Source of the DNA: Nitrosopumilaceae archaeon
GTDB lineage: Archaea; Thermoproteota; Nitrososphaeria; Nitrososphaerales; Nitrosopumilaceae
Assembly: GCA_965203465.1 (NCBI GenBank)
Contig: CBDBCR010000001.1
Span: 224,001 to 288,000, forward strand
Length of the DNA: 64,000 bases
Direction: 5' to 3'
The position numbers and the translations under genes are program-made. Below, in pieces: positions 57,203-64,000 of this stretch (positions are counted from its first letter, which is position 1; each line of letters begins with the position of its first letter). The notes under the pieces are model-generated. The model was not told where the DNA came from. It ran no database searches and was given only the letters and a program-made list of their open reading frames with translations.

Positions 57203-58294
57203 GTGCCCCCCAGCAACTTCGAGATACTGGGAATAGGCGAGGACGCCACGCCCGCCCAGATACGCGAGGCGTTCCGGCGCCTGGCCCTCGAGCACCACTC
57301 GGACCGCGGCGGCCAGGACGAGCGCTTCAAGGTCATAAAGCAGGCCTACGAGGATCTGAAGCGCGGCAAAAAGTACGCGGCCCAGGGCGCGCAGCCGGGC
57401 ACCGGCATCAGGCCCGGCGAGACCGAGGCGGACGCGCAGAGGCGCAACGCGCAGCTTGCGGCGCGCACCGCCGAGCAGATGGCAGCCGCCGCCGAGTGGA
57501 TATCCGCGCTCGAGAGGGGCGGCTCGCAGGGCACGCGCGTCTTCGGCGTGCCCGAGGCCGGCCAGCTCGAGATAGAGCGCAACAGGGCGGGCACCGTCAT
57601 ACTCAAGGGAAAATACATGGCCGGCTCCATCTCGTGCCGCGGCCCGGTCCACATGCGCGGCTCGGTGACGAGCCCGTCGTGGACAGAGCCGAGCACAATA
57701 CGCGCCGGCGGCGACTTCCGCATGGCAAACCCCGTGGCCAACCGCTACACCATAGACAACGGCGCCCGCGTAATATCCGAGACGGGCGACATCGTGGCCG
57801 GCAACGTCTCGGGCCGCAAGCTGCGCGTGCCCGACCCGCAGGGCAGGGTGGGCGTATCGACTGTGCGCGAGCTGCGCACCGAGCTAAAGGCCCCGGCGGG
57901 CAAGGTCATAGTGGAGAACGCGGTCGGCACCGTGCTGCTCGACGCGGACACGGTCATACTGCTCAACGCCGAGGACGACGTGCGGATACGCGGCAAGCAT
58001 ATCATGGTGTACGGCGGCCGAATAACCTACGACGTGGAGTTTTTCCTGGCCGAGGGGGGCACGATACGGTTCTTCGAAGAGTCGTCGGTCCAGGGCATAA
58101 GCGACGACGCGGTCATACGGCTGGCCGGCGGCAGGTCGGTGCGCCTCTACGACGTAAAGACCAAGAAGGTCAGCGACGTGGACGGCACCGCGGCACCCGG
58201 GCGCACGATGGTCGGCGGCGGCTTCGTGATCACCTACGGGATGCTGGAAGGGCTGGGCGGCAAGCGCGGCCTGTTCGGCCGCTTCAGAAAGTGA
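57203..58294 (+). CDS. J-domain protein
   Basis: FEILGI...IREAFRRLALEHHSDRGG..RFK.I..AYE.L (HSD in place of HPD); beta-rich C-terminus. Confidence 0.85.
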   Translation: MPPSNFEILGIGEDATPAQIREAFRRLALEHHSDRGGQDERFKVIKQAYEDLKRGKKYAAQGAQPGTGIRPGETEADAQRRNAQLAARTAEQMAAAAEWISALERGGSQGTRVFGVPEAGQLEIERNRAGTVILKGKYMAGSISCRGPVHMRGSVTSPSWTEPSTIRAGGDFRMANPVANRYTIDNGARVISETGDIVAGNVSGRKLRVPDPQGRVGVSTVRELRTELKAPAGKVIVENAVGTVLLDADTVILLNAEDDVRIRGKHIMVYGGRITYDVEFFLAEGGTIRFFEESSVQGISDDAVIRLAGGRSVRLYDVKTKKVSDVDGTAAPGRTMVGGGFVITYGMLEGLGGKRGLFGRFRK

Positions 58295-58312
58295 AAAAAG
58301 GGTTTTCGGCAG

Positions 58313-58618
58313 CTAGGCGCCGTCGACCAGTTCGGTCCAGCCCTTTTCAAAGACGGAGTTTTTGTACAGGGGGACCGGCTGCCCCACGGTAAAGTCCATG
58401 GGCCTCATCCAGAAGATCGCCTTTGTGGGGCACACGCCGATGCACGCTCCGTCGGAGATGCAGCGCTCTGGGTAAAAGACAAACGCCTTTCCCCTCTTCC
58501 AGCCTTCGACCGGCTTTACCCGGAGGACGTCAGGGCCCAGCGAGGTGCATATCTCCACGCAAAGTGCGCAGCCTATGCACATCTGCTCGCTGATGTCCGG
58601 AATAATTCCAACCGGCAT
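58313..58618 (-). CDS. 4Fe-4S dicluster ferredoxin
   Basis: CIGCALCVEIC and CISDGACIGVCP. Confidence 0.93.
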   Translation of the reverse strand: MPVGIIPDISEQMCIGCALCVEICTSLGPDVLRVKPVEGWKRGKAFVFYPERCISDGACIGVCPTKAIFWMRPMDFTVGQPVPLYKNSVFEKGWTELVDGA

Positions 58619-58664
58619 TGTACCACCCGTGGCCCCGCGGATCTTAATATAACTTGCCGAATAT

Positions 58665-58706
58665 GGCCCCGTATAACGGCGTTTACGGCCCCGTATAACG
58701 GCGTTT
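58665..58706. promoter_or_regulatory. Tandem 20-bp direct repeat with palindromic core upstream of the ferredoxin promoter
   Basis: GGCCCCGTATAACGGCGTTT x2 with a 22-bp period; core CCGT-ATA-ACGG. Confidence 0.55.
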
Positions 58707-59212
58707 CAGAGGCGCCCGGCCGGGCCGCCCAGTTTCCCCACGCGCCTGGCAGCGTCGACGAAAAAGAGCGCCCCCGGCTCGGGCACGCGCGCCCCGCCGG
58801 GCCGCAGCACCCACGCGCCGCCCGCCTCCCTGGCCACGGCCATCACGAACGCCTCGGCGCCCGACGCGCGCGCCGCGCACGAGAGCAGCGCCGTGTACGA
58901 TTCGGCGTACATGCCCGAGCCGGGCCCCATGGCCAGGCAGAGCCCGTTGAGCGAATCCAAGACCACGGTGCGCCCGCGCGCGGCGGCCTCCACCGCGCGG
59001 GCCAGGGCCTCGCGCAGCCGCCCCGGTTCGGGCAGCTCGGCGCGCCCTTTCAGCACGCCGGCCCGGACGTACCCCGAATACAGCATGTCGATGTCCAGAT
59101 AGTGGGCGCCGGGCCTGCCCGCCACCCTCGAGGCGGCCCACTGCTTTGCGAACGCGTCGTGGCAGAGCAGCACGTTGGCCCCCTTTTCGAACCGGGCAGG
59201 ATTTTTATCCAA
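58706..59212 (-). CDS. Hypothetical protein (degenerate RecA-like)
   Basis: YLDID and VVLDSLNG Walker-B-like segments. Confidence 0.65.
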   Translation of the reverse strand: MDKNPARFEKGANVLLCHDAFAKQWAASRVAGRPGAHYLDIDMLYSGYVRAGVLKGRAELPEPGRLREALARAVEAAARGRTVVLDSLNGLCLAMGPGSGMYAESYTALLSCAARASGAEAFVMAVAREAGGAWVLRPGGARVPEPGALFFVDAARRVGKLGGPAGRL

Positions 59213-59241
59213 CGCCGGCCCCGCGCCCCGCTGTATTATAA

Positions 59242-60363
59242 TTGGACTACAGGGACGACTTTGCGCACGGGGGCCTGACCTACCTCAACAACGCCTCGAC
59301 CTCGCCCATGCCGCACTCGAGCATACGCGCCGTGTCCCGGTTCCTCGAAGAGTACAGCTGCGCAGGACCCGACTCGGAAAAGGCCTCCGGGATGATCGAA
59401 AATCTCTTCGGGTCGGTGCGCTCCAAGATATCCTCGATGATAAACTGCAGGCCCGACGAGCTCGTAATGACGCAGAGCGTCACCGACGGGGTCAACGCGG
59501 TCGCCTCCGGGCTGGGGGCCGGCTCCCGCATAATAGTGCGGGGCATGGAGCACGAGCACCACGCCAACCTGTACCCGTGGATCAGGGCGGGCCAGATCCA
59601 CAGCCTCCCCATAGACGGCGACGGGTTCTTCCAGATGGCAGACCTGGAGCGCGAGGCGGTCCCCGGCACGCGCCTTGTCGCGCTCAGCCACGCGCTGTAC
59701 AACACCGGCGCGATAATGCCCGTGGAGGGGGCCGGCAGGCTGCTTCGCGGCAGGGGCGTGCCGTATTTCGTGGATTCGGCGCAGACGGCCGGCTCGACCG
59801 ACCTGGTCGACGTCGAAAAAATCGGCTGCGACTTTATGGCGTTCAACGGATCAAAGTGGCTGTGCGGCCCCATGGGCACCGGCGTGTTCTACTGCCGTCG
59901 CGGCTCGGCGCGCCTGCTCGAGCCGGTCTCGGTCGGCGGCGACTCTGCAGAGCTGGGCCCCGGCGGGCAGCTGCGCCACAAGGAGATGCCCGACCGCTTC
60001 CAGGCGGGCTTTCGCAACTACGCGGGTTTGGCGGGCCTCGAGGCATCGCTCGACTACGTTTTGCGCGTGGGGCTGGGCCGCGTGCGCTCGCGGGTGTCGC
60101 GGCTCGCCGACATACTGCGCGAGGAGCTGGACAGCTCGCCTGGCATATCGGTGCTCGGGCCCGGCGATCCGGGCGCGCGCACGAGCATAGTGCCGTTCAC
60201 GGTAGAGGGCCGCGAGCCCAAAGACATCGTCTCGGAGCTGCAGAAAAAGCACGGCGTGGTGCTGGCCGTCCGGGAGGCCGGAGACCGCAAGCTGGTGCGC
60301 GCATCGCCGCACATTTTCAACACCGAAGAAGAGATGGTCCGCACCGCGGAGCTGCTGCGCTAG
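59242..60363 (+). CDS. Cysteine desulfurase-like class V aminotransferase
   Basis: YLNNASTS, EHHAN, VDSAQ, NGSKWLCGPMGTG, RASPHIFNT. Confidence 0.9.
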   Translation: MDYRDDFAHGGLTYLNNASTSPMPHSSIRAVSRFLEEYSCAGPDSEKASGMIENLFGSVRSKISSMINCRPDELVMTQSVTDGVNAVASGLGAGSRIIVRGMEHEHHANLYPWIRAGQIHSLPIDGDGFFQMADLEREAVPGTRLVALSHALYNTGAIMPVEGAGRLLRGRGVPYFVDSAQTAGSTDLVDVEKIGCDFMAFNGSKWLCGPMGTGVFYCRRGSARLLEPVSVGGDSAELGPGGQLRHKEMPDRFQAGFRNYAGLAGLEASLDYVLRVGLGRVRSRVSRLADILREELDSSPGISVLGPGDPGARTSIVPFTVEGREPKDIVSELQKKHGVVLAVREAGDRKLVRASPHIFNTEEEMVRTAELLR

Positions 60364-60611
60364 CCCTGGCCCTCGACTACCATCATGGTCAGCGTGGCGC
60401 GCACGCCCCGTATCCGGCGTATCTTGGCGGTGACGGCCTCGCGCAACAGCTCGGGGCTCTCCGAGCTTATCCGCACCACGATGTCGTAGACGCCGTATAC
60501 CCCCTGTATCTCCAGCTCGACCGGCTCGGACTCGAGGGCCGAGCGTATCTCCGATATTATCCTCTCCTCGGAGCCCAGCTCCGAGTTGACCAGCACGTAC
60601 GATGTGGGCAC
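60360..60611 (-). CDS. Stand-alone Lrp/AsnC ligand-binding domain protein
   Basis: YVLVN..LGSE, GVYGVYDIVV, KIRRI.GVRATLT. Confidence 0.88.
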   Translation of the reverse strand: MPTSYVLVNSELGSEERIISEIRSALESEPVELEIQGVYGVYDIVVRISSESPELLREAVTAKIRRIRGVRATLTMMVVEGQG

Positions 60612-60694
60612 GGCCCGGGGGCGGGGGCGGAGTTATTTTAACGGTGCGCCGCCCGCCCCGAAATAGGCAAATACGACCGGCCCGGGGGCCACGC

Positions 60695-61984
60695 GTGGCG
60701 GGATACCGAGGCGGCCCCCGCGGGGACGAGCCGCGCACGTACGAGGAGGGGATGAAGATTGGGTATCCAGAAGGCGCGCGGGAATATTTCGCCGCGATGA
60801 TAGCAGACGATCCCGAAAACCCCGACGGGCACGCGGGCATGGGGCGGGCGCTCCTGTACGAGGACGACGAAAGGGCGCTGGAGCACCTCAAAAAGGCGGT
60901 AAAGCTGGGGGACGGGCGCGCCTCCACGCGCGTCTGCCTCGCCAGCGCCTGCAGGGCGCTGGACATGAGCCGGGAGGCGCTAAAGTGGTACCGCGCAGCG
61001 CAGGCGGAGCTTGGCGACTCCGCGCTGGTACCGGCCAACGCGGCGTACCTGCACCTGAGGCTGGGCGAGCCCGGCGAGGCCGCAAAGAGCGCCGACGAGG
61101 CCCTGCGCCTCGAGCCGGAGCTCGACGACGCAAAGATAGTCAAGGGAATGGCGCTGCTCGAGTCGGGTAAGCGCGGGGCCGGCGCGGCCCTCTTGGCGGA
61201 GGCCGCGCGCGAGCGCGACTACGGCTCGGCCCTGCTGGGCATGGCCTACGGGCTGCTGCACGGCGGCGACGACGAGGGGGCGCTAAAGTGCCTCGTCGGC
61301 CCCGTCGGCGAGGAGCCCCGCGATCCGCAGGACCGGTTCAAAAAGGGCTTCCTGTTGTCCCGCAGCGGCGACCACGCCGGCGCCTACGAGGAATACGCGG
61401 CGGCCGCGCGGGCCGAGCGCTCGGCCCAGATATGCGCCAGCATGGCCGCCTCGCTCACAAGGCTGCACGGGGGCGGCCGGGGCAAGAAATGGCGCGCCGA
61501 GGCGCTCGGCCTCATATCGAAGGCCGTCGCCGACGATCCGTTCGGCATGTACGCGGGCCTCGAGGCGGACTGCCTGCTGGAACTGGCCGACGGCCGGCCC
61601 CGGCGCGGGGTCCGCGATGTCTCCGAGCCGCGGCCCGTCGCCGACAGGGAGGCCAGGCTCAACATGGGCGCGTTCCTGTACATAGGGGGCAAGGACGTAC
61701 CCGGCGCGCTGGCCCACCTAAAGGCCCTGGTGGAGGACGAGCCGGATTTCGGGGAGGCGCGGTACTCCCTCGGCATCGCCCTGCACATGGCCGGCGCCCA
61801 CGAGGAGGCGCTGGCCCAGCTGCGCGAGGGGCTAAAGCTGGGAGCCGATCCCGAGTCGACGTACCGCGAGATGGCCGAGGCATACCGGGCGCTGGGCATG
61901 AAGAGGGAGGCCAACAAGTGCGAGAGGGCCATACAGGAAGTCTGGGAGAAGAGGTGGCCCAAGCGGCGCAGGAAAAAGTCCTGA
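60695..61984 (+). CDS. TPR repeat protein
   Basis: Multiple TPR units; probable GTG start with CAAATAC ~27 bp upstream. Confidence 0.85.
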   Translation: MAGYRGGPRGDEPRTYEEGMKIGYPEGAREYFAAMIADDPENPDGHAGMGRALLYEDDERALEHLKKAVKLGDGRASTRVCLASACRALDMSREALKWYRAAQAELGDSALVPANAAYLHLRLGEPGEAAKSADEALRLEPELDDAKIVKGMALLESGKRGAGAALLAEAARERDYGSALLGMAYGLLHGGDDEGALKCLVGPVGEEPRDPQDRFKKGFLLSRSGDHAGAYEEYAAAARAERSAQICASMAASLTRLHGGGRGKKWRAEALGLISKAVADDPFGMYAGLEADCLLELADGRPRRGVRDVSEPRPVADREARLNMGAFLYIGGKDVPGALAHLKALVEDEPDFGEARYSLGIALHMAGAHEEALAQLREGLKLGADPESTYREMAEAYRALGMKREANKCERAIQEVWEKRWPKRRRKKS

Positions 61985-62027
61985 CGCGCCCGCATACACA
62001 AATACCTCCCGCGCGCCGGGCGCCGCG

Positions 62028-63932
62028 TTGGCGAGGAGGGCGGGCCCGGGCGGCTCGCGCAAAAAAGGGCGCGGGGCGCGCGCCGGCAAGCGCGGGCGGA
62101 CCAGCACGGGGCTGGGCGCGCGAGAGGACGAATTCTACCGGACGCAGAGGGATCCGTCCGATCCCAGGGAGGTCCGGATATCGATAGGAATGGAAATGTT
62201 CGAGGAGGGCGACGCGCCAGGCGGGCTGTCGTACCTGAGGGCACTGGCGCGCGACGAGCCCGACTACGGGTACGTGCGCGCGGCCATCGGCGCGGCCCTC
62301 TCGTCGACGGGCGCCTACGGCGAGGCGATCGCCGAATTCAGGGAGGCGCTGAGGCTGGGCGCCGGCGACGCGGGCACCTACAACAACCTGGGCATCGCGT
62401 ACGACTCGGCGGGCCTGACGGAAAAGGCGCTGGAATGCTACCGGGAATCGATCCGGCAGGATCCAGAGCAGGCGCCGCCGCGGATCAACCTGTCTGACAT
62501 GTACAGGATCCAGGGCAGGTGCGAAGAAGCGGTAAAGGCGGCCGACGAGGCCTTGCGCCTCGAGCCGGGCCACCCGGACGCCTGCCTGGCAAAGGGCGCC
62601 GCGCTGGCCGACATGGGCAGGTTCTCCGAATCGCTGGAGCCGCTGAGAGACGCCGTCGGGGCCGCGCCGGAATCGTACGATGCCCTCATGTGCCTGGGCC
62701 AGTCCCTCCTGTGCACGGGCGACGGGGAGGGGGCGCTGAAGCGCTTCGAGGAGGCGGTGAGGCTCGATCCAGGGAACCCGTGGGGGCACCACGACAGGGG
62801 CACCGCGCTGGCGCAACTGGCCAGGTTCCACGAGGCATACGATTCGTACTCGAGGTCTGCCGAGCTCGAGCCGCGCGCGCCGACCTACTCCCACATGGCC
62901 GAGGCGGCCTCGAGCGCGCGCGGATCCGGCGATGCCGGGGCGCTGGCCCTGGCCGACAAGGCGCTCGAGATGGATCCAGACTATGCGTTCGGCCACCTCG
63001 TAAAGGCGCGCCTGCTCCGCGCGGCCGGCCGGGATTCGGAGGCAGAAGGGCACTTTTTGCGCGCCCGGATGATGGATCCCTCCCTGGCCGACGGGCCCGG
63101 CGGCGCCCCGGGCCGCGCCGAGAAACCGGCGGCGACGGGCGCGGCCGACCGCATGCGGGCGATCACAGAGTCCAACTTGGCCAAAAGCTGCAGGCTCAGT
63201 GGCAGGAGCGAAGACGAGGCAAAGTCTGCCGACGAGTCGCCCCGCCCGGTTCCGGGCGACTGCCAGGCCAGCGCCGCAAAGGGCGCCGCGCTGGCAGGCG
63301 CGGGCGGGTTCCCCGAGTCCGTCGGGCCGTTGCTGGGCGCAGCCCGGGCCCTGCCGGGATGCGTCGACGCCCTCGTGCAACTCGGCCAGTCGCTCTCGGC
63401 CGTAGACGCGGCGGGGGCGCTGAGGTGCTTCGAAGAGGCGGCGCGGCTGGATCCGATCGATCCGCGGGGGCACCACGAGACGGGCAACATGCTGGCCAGG
63501 CTGGGAAGGTACCAGGACGCGTACGACGCGTACGGGATGGCCGCCAGGCTGGAAACAAACGCCAAGACCCTGGCCAGCATGGCCATGGCGCTGCACAACA
63601 TGCATGTCGGCCATACCGGCGCACCCGGAGACTGGCACGCACACGCGCTGCTTTTGGCGGACAAGGCCATAGAGGCGGATCCAGAGTACGGGTACGCCTA
63701 CTTTGTAAAGTCGCGCCTGCTCCGCGCGGCCGGCAGGGATCCGGAGGCAGAAGATCACCTCCTGCGCGCGAGGATGACGGATCCCGACTCTGTCTGGGAC
63801 GACAACGCGTCCCGCCTCATCTCGGACGACGTAACGTACAAGCGGGCCGCGCTCGGCCTGGACGCCGGCTGGGACAAGCCGGGAGTCTGGCGCGGCAAAA
63901 AGCGGCCTTGGGCCGAACCCACAAATACCTAG
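62028..63932 (+). CDS. TPR repeat protein with a large internal duplication
   Basis: TPR units (YNNLGIAY..AG...KALECY); block ~62520-63080 repeated at ~63215-63790. Confidence 0.88.
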   Translation: MARRAGPGGSRKKGRGARAGKRGRTSTGLGAREDEFYRTQRDPSDPREVRISIGMEMFEEGDAPGGLSYLRALARDEPDYGYVRAAIGAALSSTGAYGEAIAEFREALRLGAGDAGTYNNLGIAYDSAGLTEKALECYRESIRQDPEQAPPRINLSDMYRIQGRCEEAVKAADEALRLEPGHPDACLAKGAALADMGRFSESLEPLRDAVGAAPESYDALMCLGQSLLCTGDGEGALKRFEEAVRLDPGNPWGHHDRGTALAQLARFHEAYDSYSRSAELEPRAPTYSHMAEAASSARGSGDAGALALADKALEMDPDYAFGHLVKARLLRAAGRDSEAEGHFLRARMMDPSLADGPGGAPGRAEKPAATGAADRMRAITESNLAKSCRLSGRSEDEAKSADESPRPVPGDCQASAAKGAALAGAGGFPESVGPLLGAARALPGCVDALVQLGQSLSAVDAAGALRCFEEAARLDPIDPRGHHETGNMLARLGRYQDAYDAYGMAARLETNAKTLASMAMALHNMHVGHTGAPGDWHAHALLLADKAIEADPEYGYAYFVKSRLLRAAGRDPEAEDHLLRARMTDPDSVWDDNASRLISDDVTYKRAALGLDAGWDKPGVWRGKKRPWAEPTNT

Positions 63933-63950
63933 CGCACGGCCGATCCGGCG

Positions 63951-64000
63951 TTGGCAAGGAGGGTCAATCCGGGCGGCTCGCGCAAAGACAGGGGGCGCAG
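63951..64000 (+). CDS. Start of a probable further TPR paralog (3'-partial)
   Basis: (M)ARRVNPGGSRKDRGR and its upstream ACAAATACCT mirror the 62028 gene (MARRAGPGGSRKKGR). Confidence 0.55.
   Translation, partial: MARRVNPGGSRKDRGR

Noticed and set aside
55600-60363. cysC, cysQ and the cysteine desulfurase as sulfur suppliers for the PAPS-like operon
   Set aside because: They are 12 kb or more away, host-like in composition and in a housekeeping context; nothing in the sequence links them
240-63758. Numerous long Arg/Ala/Gly/Pro-rich antisense or off-frame ORFs in the track
   Set aside because: Typical high-GC shadow ORFs overlapping well-supported genes, with no motifs

Overview
High-GC archaeal chromosome segment. 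The core genes (egsA, psmB-aCPSF1/FttA-sepF, the archaeal CoA pathway PoK-PPS-panB-coaBC, TFB, bluB, rtcA, nadM, PEFG-CTERM-like and COG1361 surface proteins), leaderless TATA-proximal GTG/TTG starts and TPR expansions point to a Nitrososphaerota (Nitrosopumilaceae / Cenarchaeum-like, plausibly sponge-associated) genome; this is inference. Two tRNAs are present: Arg-CCT and Val-GAC. Accessory inserts: (i) an Mrr C-terminus at the window start; (ii) 6.8-11.3 kb, a heavily frameshifted DUF2075 helicase and a TPR-PIN fusion next to tRNA-Arg; (iii) an SF2 helicase with a PKD domain inserted between its RecA lobes; (iv) a 34.5-43.6 kb defence island with a Lamassu/ABC-three-component system (HNH effector), a HicB relic and a translationally coupled 5-gene operon (GHKL ATPase, unknown protein, DUF6339-like/PAPS-reductase-like fusion, GIY-YIG nuclease, DGQHR/DndB protein) behind an 18-G tract; (v) a 53.1-55.5 kb AT-richer insert where a DUF3800-like RNase H-fold gene is flanked by three ~130-bp structured repeats, each with a TATA-like box, two of them preceded by decayed remnants of the same gene; (vi) a tandem TPR array at the end. 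Items (iv) and (v) are the best candidates for undescribed systems. All family assignments come from motif recognition by eye; no searches were run.
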